A stretch of 64,000 nucleotides of DNA from an uncultured bacterium. GTDB taxonomy: Bacteria; Oederibacteriota; PGYV01; CAWJRG01. The stretch lies in the NCBI GenBank assembly GCA_963845185.1, contig CAWJRG010000010.1, positions 128,001 through 192,000 of the forward strand, in the 5' to 3' direction. Every line of letters starts with the position of its first letter. Within the stretch, counting starts at the first letter, position 1. Both the position numbers and the translations under genes were made by a program. The notes under the pieces were generated by a model. It was given only the letters and a program-made list of their open reading frames with translations. It searched no databases and had not been told where the DNA came from. Shown here one piece after another: positions 39,289 to 49,552 of this stretch.

Positions 39289-40506
39289 TTAATTGAAACC
39301 CATTAGTCTTAATATATTTTCAATTCTCTCATATATTTCCATGCATGCCCTGACAGTATGGTACGGACATTTCCATGGGCCTGCCAGGTCCCGCTTTTTG
39401 TCCGGATTGCCGTTTTCATCCAGGTTGGAATACCACTCTCCGCCTTGCCGCATAAACTTCCTTTTGCAGTATTCCCATATTGACAGTGACTTTTCGATAA
39501 AAATTTCTTTGCCTGTAATTTCATAAGCGTTAAAAAAGCCAACCATGGCTTCTACCTGCATCCACCATTCTTTGCCTTTATGAATATGCCCATCTGCGTC
39601 TTTTTCGCTCAGGAGCCCGCCATCAGCGTCTATGCCCTCGCGCAGAATAACATCAGCCATTTCCATCGCTGCCGAAGAAACTCTTTTTATAATGTCCTGC
39701 TTGCCTGTGACTTTCGCCGCTTCTGTCAGCAGCCAGCTTCCCTCTATGTCATGGCCAAAGGATATTTTTCCCGACACTTCGTTCCAGTCCATGTCGAAAA
39801 ACAGCCCGAAATGCCTGTCTTTTAGAATAATTTTTGAAAGGAATACTTCCACGAGGTTTTCCAGCGACTCTTTCACTTTACTGTCGCCGTAATACCCTGC
39901 AAGAGTGGAAAAAGCTTCCATAACATGAAGGTTTGTGTTCATTGTCTTTGGTGTATTCATATCCCTGCTTGAAAGCCTGGTATCCTTTATCTCTTCCCAT
40001 TTGCTTCCGAGCGCGTCTATATACCCGCCTTTTTCTTTGTCTCTGCCATATTTTTCAACCAGCTCGAATAGTTCATTTGCCGCGGCCAGTGCGTTGCTGT
40101 CACCCGTGGCTTTTGCGAACTCCGCAAAACCATATATGGCAAAAGCCTGCCCGTAGAATTTCTTTGAGCTGTCCACCGGCTTGCCCTTGTGGTCAAGGAT
40201 CCAAAAAACGCCTCCGTTCTTTTTATCCACAAAATGTTCAGTGATATATTTATACATTATTTCCGCTGTCTTTAAATATTGCCCGTCTTTCAGTTTCATA
40301 TATGCCCGTGAAAAAGTCCACAAAATGCGCGTTGCCATGATTACGCCTTTGTCTGCCCCTGGTTTTACTTTGCCATTTCCACCAACAGCTCCAAAAAATC
40401 CGCCATCGTCATAGTCAATGACGTTCTTCATCCAGAACTCAAGTATATCTTCCTTTAGTTCCTTCAGTAATTCTTCTTTGTATTTTTCAAGTTTTGCTTT
40501 CTCCAT
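39289..40506 (-). CDS. Cellobiose 2-epimerase / AGE-family epimerase
   Basis: RILWTFS, YGQAFAIY, MNTNLH..EA, SFGHDIE, WW.Q.E and WKCPYH motifs. Confidence 0.9.
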   Translation of the reverse strand: MEKAKLEKYKEELLKELKEDILEFWMKNVIDYDDGGFFGAVGGNGKVKPGADKGVIMATRILWTFSRAYMKLKDGQYLKTAEIMYKYITEHFVDKKNGGVFWILDHKGKPVDSSKKFYGQAFAIYGFAEFAKATGDSNALAAANELFELVEKYGRDKEKGGYIDALGSKWEEIKDTRLSSRDMNTPKTMNTNLHVMEAFSTLAGYYGDSKVKESLENLVEVFLSKIILKDRHFGLFFDMDWNEVSGKISFGHDIEGSWLLTEAAKVTGKQDIIKRVSSAAMEMADVILREGIDADGGLLSEKDADGHIHKGKEWWMQVEAMVGFFNAYEITGKEIFIEKSLSIWEYCKRKFMRQGGEWYSNLDENGNPDKKRDLAGPWKCPYHTVRACMEIYERIENILRLMGFN

Positions 40507-40533
40507 AATAAAATCACCCTTTTATCTAATTTA

Positions 40534-41337
40534 TTACTTTACTTCCACCCTTATTTCTTCATATTCGGCATGCTTCTGGAAACCTATTTTTTCATACGCT
40601 TTGATTGCAGGGATGTTGTCTGCCCTCACGTTTAATCCAATAAGTTTAACCTCATCATCCCATATATCCCTGCAAAGGCTTGCTGTAACTGACGTGGCAT
40701 AACCTTTTCCCCTGTGTTTCTCTGCAGTGGCAACATTTCCTATCACCGCTATGCCGAATTCTTTTGTGTATAAATGCACTCCTGCCATTGATAGTATTTC
40801 ATTGTTTTTCCGTATACAAAAGTATTTTTCGCTGTTCAGCATTGCGTTATTAAAAAACGCATCTGGGTTGACTGATTTTAAAAATCCATTGATACCCTCG
40901 AAATCATTTTTATTGATACGGAAAGTATATTCCGGGTATTTTATATGCATGTCGGCAAGAATGTCTCCTGCCAGCTTCATTTTAATAAAATCGAACCGCG
41001 TCCCGAAATAATATCTTTGCTTTAAAATGTCGCTTATGCTTTTTGAAACATGGCAATACATTTTTATTGGGAGTTTCGGCAGCAGTTCCCGTGCCATTTG
41101 CCTTGCCGCTTCAGTGTTTTTATTTTCCAGTAGGAAAAATATCGGGTCTTTGCTTCCGTAAAGGTTCCCGTAAAGCATGGCTATCGATAATATCTTCCCT
41201 GATTCGGTTGCCGCATGCCAGTTTATATGCTTAAATAATTGTTCCTGCAAGTCGCCTATTTCGTACAAATGCAGGTACGGGTCCTCAAGCAAGAATTTGT
41301 GGATTTTGCCCTTGTCTTTTGTTTCAATTATTTCCAT
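40534..41337 (-). CDS. GNAT acetyltransferase (FR47-like C-terminal domain)
   Basis: V.T...HRGKGYA and N.PAIKAYEKIGF motifs. Confidence 0.9.
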   Translation of the reverse strand: MEIIETKDKGKIHKFLLEDPYLHLYEIGDLQEQLFKHINWHAATESGKILSIAMLYGNLYGSKDPIFFLLENKNTEAARQMARELLPKLPIKMYCHVSKSISDILKQRYYFGTRFDFIKMKLAGDILADMHIKYPEYTFRINKNDFEGINGFLKSVNPDAFFNNAMLNSEKYFCIRKNNEILSMAGVHLYTKEFGIAVIGNVATAEKHRGKGYATSVTASLCRDIWDDEVKLIGLNVRADNIPAIKAYEKIGFQKHAEYEEIRVEVK

Positions 41338-41409
41338 TTATACTTCCATATTTAGGGCTTTATCGATAGTAACCTTGCAGACAATCTATTCCGGCAACAA
41401 TTTATTATC

Positions 41410-42438
41410 CTAATTTGATTCCCAGACATCCTCATAATATGTGGAAATTGCAAGGTCTGCGCCGCCCATAATGAAAGCCTTTCCGTTGAAAACAAGGGCG
41501 CAGTGGTACCATCTTGCCGGGCTGCATACGGCAACAGGCGTTGAATTAAAAGTTGCCTGTGTCCATGTCGCGCCGTCCGTGGAATACCATGCATCATTTT
41601 GTACGGTCCCATTGCTTCCGCAGACCAGCCACATTTTATTGTCATACACAAAACTCTTATGGTCGACCCTTAATCCGAAAGCCGCATTTGAGGTTGCCTG
41701 TGTCCATGCAATGCCGTTGGATGAATACCACACGTCTGCCATTGTTCCCGAGCCGCCATTGCCTGCTATAACCCACATCTTATTGTTATATACCACGCTT
41801 GTATGCCTGTACCTGACCCCAAACTCCGCATTCTGCGTTGCAGCTGTCCAATCAATGCCGTTTATGGAATACCAGGCGTCCTTATAAGCAGGGATGTTAA
41901 AACCTCCGATAACCCAGATCGCTGAAGTAGTCGTGCCTGGCACATCAAAAACAACGGAAGTCTGCCCTATCCTTTGCCCAAATTGCGCTGCACCTGTAAG
42001 CGACGAAAAATCAGCGCCGTTTGAAGATACCCATACATCCTGCAGGAAAGACCCGTTGGATCCAGCTATGACATACACCTTATCACCTGTGCCGTCGTTA
42101 TATACGACTGCCGTATGGGCATACCTTGCGCCAAAATCCGCTGTTGTTTTTCTTAACTGCCAGCTTGAGCCGTTTGTAGAGGAATATATTGATGCCACAT
42201 TTCCTGATCCATTTAAACCTCCATAAACATATATTCCACCGTTAAAAGAAACAGCGGAAAAATCAGCTCTTCCGCCAAAAGATGTTGTCGTAAGGTTTCC
42301 CCATACTGTGCCCGACGTAAACGGCGTTGCCGTAGGGCCAGGTGTCGATTGTGTCGGCGAGCTTGTTTTTTTACAGCCTAAAGCAAAAAAACATAAAGCC
42401 AAAACCAGGCAAAGCAGAACTAAAAATACCTTTTTCAT
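41410..42438 (-). CDS. Kelch-like beta-propeller lipoprotein (paralog of 15467-16453)
   Basis: Lipobox ALGC; FG.R..H.SVVY.NKMWV..G...DVW.S.NG..W repeats. Confidence 0.8.
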   Translation of the reverse strand: MKKVFLVLLCLVLALCFFALGCKKTSSPTQSTPGPTATPFTSGTVWGNLTTTSFGGRADFSAVSFNGGIYVYGGLNGSGNVASIYSSTNGSSWQLRKTTADFGARYAHTAVVYNDGTGDKVYVIAGSNGSFLQDVWVSSNGADFSSLTGAAQFGQRIGQTSVVFDVPGTTTSAIWVIGGFNIPAYKDAWYSINGIDWTAATQNAEFGVRYRHTSVVYNNKMWVIAGNGGSGTMADVWYSSNGIAWTQATSNAAFGLRVDHKSFVYDNKMWLVCGSNGTVQNDAWYSTDGATWTQATFNSTPVAVCSPARWYHCALVFNGKAFIMGGADLAISTYYEDVWESN

Positions 42439-42812
42439 TGCAATACCTCCTATGATGCTGTTTTAAGACTGGATTCCCACGCTCTTTTCTTTATATTGTA
42501 ATTATACTGCACTAAAACAGTTAAATCAATATCATAAATGGTAGGGGTTCACCGCTTTTTTTGCCGTACCAGGTTGCCAATTTTCTGAAGCTCATTTTTG
42601 TATCAACTTCTTTTTGCATATTTTCATGACAAATTGTATAATATTAACGAGGTCAAAAACATTCAAGGAGTTTGCAATGAACAAGGAAAAATTCCGGAAT
42701 ATTACTGGAGCCCCACGCGCATGCGCGTGTCACCAATTAATTATACACGGCTCGAATACAACTCGTCGTAAATTACGAATTAAACACACTGCCGCACTCG
42801 AGCACATATAAT

Positions 42813-44048
42813 ATGCGACTTCCATCGAAGCAGGACACATTCAATTACAGGTATGCCTTTGGTGTTCTGCGTAAGTGGATAAATAAGTGCTTCCCGTGGG
42901 TTATTCTCGCAATCTCGCTGGTTTTTGGATACAGATGCGCCAAAGGAAATGATTTCCTTTCCTATTATGACGCAGGAATGAATTTCCGCATGCTTTTGGA
43001 CAATATTTACGCCGCAGGCAAATATTCCGGCATGATGAACCATTACCCTCCTGTTTTTGCCATGCTTATGGTACCCCTGACCTTACTGCCTCCTATTGTT
43101 GCAGGCTATGTTTTTTTCCTCGCGAAGCTGGCGTGTGTTATCTGCGTCCTGAGGATTCTCCCTGAATTTTTTGAGGATAAAAAAGTCTCTGCCGCAGCTT
43201 TCTGGCTGGCTTTTTTTATGTCTTTCAGGTTTATCATCGACGATTTCAGGCTCGGCCAGGTCAATATTTTTCTCGCGGCTTTCCTGGTATTCGCGGTGTA
43301 TTTTAAGGCAAAAAACAAATTCTGGCTTTCCGCTTTGTTTCTGTCCCTTGCTGTTTCAATAAAAATTTTCCCCGTGCTTTTTATTGTGTATTATCTTTTC
43401 AAAAAGGAATTCAAATACACCGGCATAACCATCCTTATGCTTGTTGTTTTGAATCTTATCCCGGGCATTTTCTATACTGCAAAATATCCCGCGCTGCTGG
43501 GTTATTTCGTAAACGAATCCATACTGAACGCCGCCTCGGGCCCGAACTCCGGAATTGCAAATCAATCCATATACGGGATGCTGATGAGGTATCTGGGACC
43601 GAACAGTACTGATACAGGCGAAATACATTTTGTCAATTTCGCCTCACTTCAGTTTGCAGGCATTAAACTGGTTTATTATATTCTGTCACTGCTTTTCATT
43701 GTCCTGGCACTTCTCCCGGCCCTAAAAAAGGATAAATCACCGGACATTTACGCGCTGGGCAATGTTTTTCTAATTTGCCTGATCCTGCCCATGGTTGCAA
43801 GAAAATCCAATTTTGTTTTTGTTTACTTCCCTGCCCTCATGCTTTTCGCCGGCATGCACAGGGAACGTGTGTACAAATCCGCGTATTCTTTGCTGGTTTG
43901 GATTCCGTTCGCGTTGCTGTGTTTTACCGCCGATGGGCTGATAGGGCGGAAAGCAAGCAATGTATTCGAGGCATTCTCCGCCCTTACAATAGGCGCCATA
44001 TTCCTGATAGCAGCCTGCAGCGTAAAAATATTTTATCCCAAAAAATAG
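42813..44048 (+). CDS. GT87 (DUF2029) membrane glycosyltransferase
   Basis: DF..YY, YPP.F, GQVN, IKIFP and NQSI motifs; start uncertain. Confidence 0.85.
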   Translation: MRLPSKQDTFNYRYAFGVLRKWINKCFPWVILAISLVFGYRCAKGNDFLSYYDAGMNFRMLLDNIYAAGKYSGMMNHYPPVFAMLMVPLTLLPPIVAGYVFFLAKLACVICVLRILPEFFEDKKVSAAAFWLAFFMSFRFIIDDFRLGQVNIFLAAFLVFAVYFKAKNKFWLSALFLSLAVSIKIFPVLFIVYYLFKKEFKYTGITILMLVVLNLIPGIFYTAKYPALLGYFVNESILNAASGPNSGIANQSIYGMLMRYLGPNSTDTGEIHFVNFASLQFAGIKLVYYILSLLFIVLALLPALKKDKSPDIYALGNVFLICLILPMVARKSNFVFVYFPALMLFAGMHRERVYKSAYSLLVWIPFALLCFTADGLIGRKASNVFEAFSALTIGAIFLIAACSVKIFYPKK

Positions 44049-44190
44049 TTCTGTTTTTAACATTGCTGCCATAAAACTCATCCAATACCGGAAAAAATTA
44101 CAGTCACAATCGCATACCGGTACTGTTTGACACGCCTTCAGGAATTATATATAATTAATCATATAACGGGTGCTGAAAACTCGTATTCTT

Positions 44191-44281
44191 TGTCATTGCG
44201 AGCGACCAAAGGGGAGCGAAGCAATCTCGTTTTCCACTTTAAATACTGGATTGCCTCGTCGCTTCGCTCCTCGCAATGACA
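44191..44281. repeat. REP-like palindromic element
   Basis: TGTCATTGCGAG...GCAATCT...GGATTGC...CTCGCAATGACA long inverted repeat. Confidence 0.8.
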
Positions 44282-44297
44282 CCGCAATACAAGGCTG

Positions 44298-45149
44298 GTG
44301 CAAATAATGGCTGTTTATTTTCTCTTAATATGGACTTTCTTTATAATGGTGCATAACATTTTGGACGGTGTCTTTAAAAGCATAAAAGACGGTTTCTGGG
44401 GCTATTACGAAAAGCTCTCCGTCAGGATACGCAGATACAGCGCCGAAACCAACCTTGACGAGGAAAGCCGGCTAATTTTAAAAAGCCTATCAAAACAGCA
44501 GAAAGAAATAGAAGACACCATGTCTTTGTATGTTTTCTTCAGGTTCTGCGAAAAACTTTCGCTTTACATGACACAGATAGACATGGTGGTGCTCTTCTGC
44601 CTTTCTTTGATTGCCGCCGTATTTGTGCATTCTGCACTGCTGGCGCGGGACTATTTCTGGCTGGTTATTTTCCTGCTGTTTTATATCGTATACATGTGGA
44701 ATGAAATTTCCGGCGAATTTTTGCAATTCGAATTTTGGGCGATAAATGTATTCTTAAAACAGTATAAAATCCTGGAAAAAATCGGCAACACCGGGAAAAT
44801 GATAGAAGATAAAAAGGGAAATAAAAAAATCATCCGCAAATTGTATGCATTTTTTATATTGCCTGTGTCGCTTCTGGCCTTTTTCTTCCTGTTCTTCCGC
44901 TTTACTTATCCTCTTTTCCCTCCGCTTTCACCTGATTTGCAGGGTTACATAGCTGTTTTATGGGGGATTTTTATTTTATCCGGCGGGCTTATTGTTGTCT
45001 GCATGCCTGCAGCCTTAAACAGGTTATTCAACGCTTACCTGCACCTTTCGGGCGTGCAGTTTAAGGATTCTTATTATTCCGCGCCGATTTATATTTTCCT
45101 GTCCCTTTTACTCGCCATGGTAATCGCGATCGCGCGCTATACCATATGA
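44298..45149 (+). CDS. Hypothetical membrane protein
   Basis: Long ORF with several TM segments; overlaps the next gene (ATGA). Confidence 0.6.
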   Translation: MQIMAVYFLLIWTFFIMVHNILDGVFKSIKDGFWGYYEKLSVRIRRYSAETNLDEESRLILKSLSKQQKEIEDTMSLYVFFRFCEKLSLYMTQIDMVVLFCLSLIAAVFVHSALLARDYFWLVIFLLFYIVYMWNEISGEFLQFEFWAINVFLKQYKILEKIGNTGKMIEDKKGNKKIIRKLYAFFILPVSLLAFFFLFFRFTYPLFPPLSPDLQGYIAVLWGIFILSGGLIVVCMPAALNRLFNAYLHLSGVQFKDSYYSAPIYIFLSLLLAMVIAIARYTI

Positions 45150-47020
45150 TAATGATTCTTTTATCAAATATTGCAGTAATCCTGCTTATGCTCCTGCTTT
45201 TAGCCCTGGCCTGCGGCACAGGCATAACTTTGTTTGGATTGTTAAAAATGGAATTTGACGAAGGCGCGGAAACTCTTGTTCTATCTTTTGCAACTGGCAC
45301 TGTATTTTTCTCGCTTGTGTTGCTTGCTATGGGCAAAGCCGGCTTTTTTTCCGGCCAGTATATTATAGCTGCTTCAGTAGCCGTTGCCGCGATATCCCTG
45401 ACCGGCCAAAAAAAACTGGCCTTGTCATTAAAAACTTTTTTTAATCAGGTTAAAACAGCCGGCGGGCTTTTCATGCTGATAATATGGCTTATACTGCTGG
45501 CAAGGCTGGCAATTGTTTTTTTCAGCATTTTTATCCCGATAACCGGCTGGGACACCACGGCCTACCATTACGCCATCCCGCGGTTTTACCTGAACGCAGG
45601 AAAAATTTTTTATATCCCGTTTATGTACCACAGCAACTGGCCCGAGCTCATGGAAATGATTTATGCCTGGGCCATGGTGCTTCACTCAGATTTGCTTGCA
45701 AACGGGACCGCGTTTTTGTATGCTTTCTTTTTGCTCACCGCGCTGTTCCTTTTCGGTTTTTCTGCTTTTAATCCCCGCGCCGGGTTGATTGCCGCGGTAG
45801 TAATATCCGCGTTTTATTTATTTCAATCCGACTCGGCAAACGGATACGTGGATACCGCTCTTGCCTTTTTTGAGCTTGCCTGTGTTTATGCAATATTCCG
45901 GCTTACCGTGACCGGGCAAAAAAAATACCTCATTGCCGGAGCCGTATGCGCTGCAGGCGCCGCATCAATAAAGATACTCGGTTTGTTTCCGGTTGCAGCC
46001 CTGCCTTTATTTTTGCTGTTCAGGGATTATTTTCCCGGCAACAAGGAAAAAAAGATACATATAATGGAAGCGCTCATTTTTGTATTCCTGGCCCTGCTTA
46101 TCGCCTCCCCCTGGTATATTAAAAGCTTTGTTGATACCGGAAACCCCGTCTGGCCGTTTGCTTACGGTATTTTCGGGGGCAGGAACTGGTCAAAAGAGCT
46201 TTCTGATTACCGCAATTTTTATTATGCCCTTAAAGGCACGGGCATTGGCATAGTACAGTTATTAAAACTTCCGATTGCCATGGCATCTTCAGCAGGCATG
46301 GACGGTTTTATGGGTAATAATATTGTTTATTTTTACCTGAGCCTGCCTTTTATAATATATACTATTGCCAGGAAAAAGAGTGCGGCGCAAATATTCCTGC
46401 TTTTATATTCTTTTTGTTTTATATGTTTCTGGGCAATTAATGCCCAGATGACAAGGTTCTTTTTCCCCGGGCTTGCTGTTATTACCGTAATGTGCGCCGG
46501 CGAAACCGAACGCATACTGTACGGCACTTATAATAAAGCCTTAAAAGTCATTTTTGCCGCAGTATTATTTTACCTTCTTTTATATTCTTTCTCGTTAAAG
46601 AATGTGGGGCTGGGAATAAAATGCTTTACCGGAATTACAAACAGGCAAAATTATCTTGAATCCTCGCTTGATTATTACAAATTATTTGAAAAAGTGAACA
46701 AAGATGATTCGGTAATTGGAAAAATAGCTTTTTTCAGGGAAATTAGGGGCTATTATCTGAAGAAGGATTATATCTGGGCAGACCCTGTGAATCAGGGTTT
46801 AATTTCTTATAAAAACACGCAGCAAACCTTAAAGCAACTCAATGATAACATGGTTAAGTTTATAATTTATAATAATAATGCCTACGGGGACGGCAAAGAT
46901 GGTTACAGCAGCACGGTTTATGGCATTATGAACGAGATAATAAGCAAATATTCGGAACAAATGTACTGTTTCAATAACGTTTGCCTTTATAGATTAAAAA
47001 GCCAAGATGTTCCCCGATAA
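45146..47020 (+). CDS. GT-C fold membrane glycosyltransferase (GT39/ArnT-like)
   Basis: P..GWD..AYH, WP, YVD and PWY.K....TGNP.WP motifs; about 14 TMs. Confidence 0.78.
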   Translation: MIMILLSNIAVILLMLLLLALACGTGITLFGLLKMEFDEGAETLVLSFATGTVFFSLVLLAMGKAGFFSGQYIIAASVAVAAISLTGQKKLALSLKTFFNQVKTAGGLFMLIIWLILLARLAIVFFSIFIPITGWDTTAYHYAIPRFYLNAGKIFYIPFMYHSNWPELMEMIYAWAMVLHSDLLANGTAFLYAFFLLTALFLFGFSAFNPRAGLIAAVVISAFYLFQSDSANGYVDTALAFFELACVYAIFRLTVTGQKKYLIAGAVCAAGAASIKILGLFPVAALPLFLLFRDYFPGNKEKKIHIMEALIFVFLALLIASPWYIKSFVDTGNPVWPFAYGIFGGRNWSKELSDYRNFYYALKGTGIGIVQLLKLPIAMASSAGMDGFMGNNIVYFYLSLPFIIYTIARKKSAAQIFLLLYSFCFICFWAINAQMTRFFFPGLAVITVMCAGETERILYGTYNKALKVIFAAVLFYLLLYSFSLKNVGLGIKCFTGITNRQNYLESSLDYYKLFEKVNKDDSVIGKIAFFREIRGYYLKKDYIWADPVNQGLISYKNTQQTLKQLNDNMVKFIIYNNNAYGDGKDGYSSTVYGIMNEIISKYSEQMYCFNNVCLYRLKSQDVPR

Positions 47021-47136
47021 ACTGCTTGTGATAAAAATATTCAGCAGTGTGTCATTTACGAATTAAAAGCAGACACCCCTTTTAGCCGTATAATTAAGCC
47101 AAAAACTCCAAGAAATCCTGAACCGTTACATATGTT

Positions 47137-49030
47137 TTATCTCAAAACCGCCAGTTTGCTCCATGCTTTTGCTTTATTGCTGCCTGACACTGCTTCAATC
47201 CTATATATAAATACCCCGCTTGCTACATCCTTGCCTGCGAAATTTTTGCAATCCCATCGTATGCTGTTTCTTCCCTGCAGAGCCTTGTTGATCAAGCGTA
47301 GTTACTTTTTCTCCACTTATTGTGTATATATTTACTTTTACTTCAGCTTCCATGCCGAGCTCGTAGATAATATAAGTATAGTCTTTCGCAGGATTTGGAG
47401 AGTTTGTTATGAGCTTAAAATAAAAGGAGGCTGGAATCTCTGTTACTGTCGGAGTTATAGTATATGTAACAGTCTGCGTCAATGTTTGGGTTATTGTTAA
47501 TGTCATCGTCACTGTCGGTGAAATTGTTGATGTAAAAGACGGGGTGATTGTCTGACTCTCAGTAATTGTGACTGTTATTGTATAAGTACCAGTAAAAGTA
47601 AACGTGCTTGTGTAAGTCATGGTAGGCGTTATGGTTTCCGTTTCAGTTATAGTCGGCGGCGTTCCGGTTATGGTGGGTGAGACTGTCGGCGAGGCCGTGG
47701 GCGATGGCATGCAGTATACTACTAATCCATTTGCCGAGGGATAAGCCATTACTATTTCATTCTGTCCTATGGTTGCTGATGGATAATTATATTCAAACGA
47801 CACCCCTCCTCCATATGTCCAGACAGGATTGCCTTGCCATAAAACATTATTTCCGTTATTAGCGTCAACTGCGTATCCATATACATTAGCGCTATATACA
47901 ACTCCATTGGCTGTACTTATTGGTCCGTCCCCTCCTAAACTTAATGAGTAATTAGTAGGAAAACCTGAAACAAACGTACCATTTGCTTTATAAAGACCAT
48001 ATAACATTCCTGTATGAGTCCCGAAATATACTTTATCATTCCATATACTCGCAGTGCTTATTATTTGGTCATTTCCTCCTAAATACGGGTGAGGTGTTGT
48101 AATTGACCAGTTTATATTCCCTGTTGTCGCATCTATTGAATAAAAATATCCTGATTCATCACCAATATATATTATACCGTTTTCTATTACAGGCATTGCC
48201 CTCATTGTTCCAGTTACACTTACTGGAAAATTTGCGCAGTCAGCTCCCGTATTCGCGTCCCAGCAATGAATTTGCTGGTCTGTCCTTCCTGCTACATATA
48301 CACGACCATTCCATATTGCAGGAGTCTGCCCCCCCCCCATGCTTAATTGTTTCCTCCATAATTCACTTCCATTATTCGCGTCTTTTACGAATAAATAACT
48401 TCTCATATCCGCTGTATTTCCTCTCAGATCACCAATTACAAAATATAATTTATTTTGCCAATATATTATTCCATCTTCAGGCACTACCTGTTCGGTTTGT
48501 CCAGCTGTTTCTGTTATATCTATAGGAAATCCTGATATTAAATTTAGTGTATTTATATCCCATCCATAAACCATATGTTGTGTTATTGCATACACATCAT
48601 TATTTCCTATTACTAATCCACCCATTGATATTATTCCGCTGTCAGTTGGACCAAGTGGATAACCTGTTTTTGTCACTCCTGTTTGTATATCCCATGCCCA
48701 AACATAGCCAGGGTCGTCCCAATATACCTTTCCTGTGCCTTGATTTCCTTGTCCAAAATACACATAACCATTATAAATTAAAGCGAAATTTAGGCTGGGT
48801 ACAACATTTGCGCTTGGTGTGCTCCACTCGTATTTTTCCCATCTTTTCACATACGGCGGATATATTGTTGTCAGGGTATCCGACCTTATGCCGCTATTCC
48901 ACGTCCCTGCTGTGCTGCTTGTCCCATAGTTATCTATCCAGATATTACCTGCTTTCACATTCATAAATAAAAACAAGCCCATTATGATTAAGCAAATTCT
49001 GATTACTAATTTTTTATTACAACTTATCAA
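47137..49030 (-). CDS. Secreted PQQ-like beta-propeller + Thr-rich linker + FlgD-like C-terminal domain, copy A (frameshift near 47279)
   Basis: IDA.TG.I.W repeats and SPNP. One extra base versus copies B/C (CCCTGCAGAGCC vs CCCTGCGAGCC); the corrected frame ends KAWSKLAVLR at TAA 47137. Confidence 0.8.
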
Positions 49031-49059
49031 ATTTATACCCCTTTTTCTTTTTCAATAAT

Positions 49060-49091
49060 GCAAAGGGAACGGCTAAACCCGTTCCCTTTGC
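49060..49091. terminator. Hairpin/terminator after orphan C-terminal-domain cassette
   Basis: GCAAAGGGAACGG-CTAAAC-CCGTTCCCTTTGC. Confidence 0.65.
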
Positions 49092-49108
49092 TAATCGCAC
49101 AAAATCTA

Positions 49109-49552
49109 TCAGCGGATAACAGCTATTTTTTTTGTTATTGTTATGCCCCTGAAAACCACCCTGCAAAAATATATGCCGTTCGCTGTTTCCTGTCCCAAGT
49201 CGTTTTCTCCGTTCCAGCTTACGCTGTTTATTCCCTGTATTGTTTCAGCAGGGCTTAATTCTTTCCGCCATATTATCCTTCCATTCATGTCATAAATCGC
49301 TATTTTTACTTGCTGCTGCTCAGGCAAAGGGAATCTTATGCTTGTCTGTCCCTTACAAGGATTGGGATAATTATATACGTTTTTCTCGTTGGGTTCAATT
49401 GATATTTCCGGGGGCGTTGTTTTTATATTGTCTTCGCATATCTGCGCCCGTGTCGGCGTGATTGTAGCCGTTGCGGTTAACGTTGAGCCTTGAGCATTGA
49501 ACTTTGAGCTTTGAACGTTGAGCCTCACCGCACCACCGCCAGTTTGCTCCAT
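49109..49552 (-). CDS. Orphan linker + FlgD-like (T9SS-CTD-like) domain cassette, no signal peptide
   Basis: YNYPNP...IYD.NGR...W.G.N..G...ANG.Y...KKIAVIR; overlaps the stop of copy B. Confidence 0.65.
   Translation of the reverse strand: MEQTGGGAVRLNVQSSKFNAQGSTLTATATITPTRAQICEDNIKTTPPEISIEPNEKNVYNYPNPCKGQTSIRFPLPEQQQVKIAIYDMNGRIIWRKELSPAETIQGINSVSWNGENDLGQETANGIYFCRVVFRGITITKKIAVIR

Noticed and set aside
49520..49530. TGA readthrough, selenocysteine or an alternative genetic code
   Set aside because: The downstream CTD is in a different frame, and TGA ends conserved genes normally (e.g. HIT WPPG-TGA).
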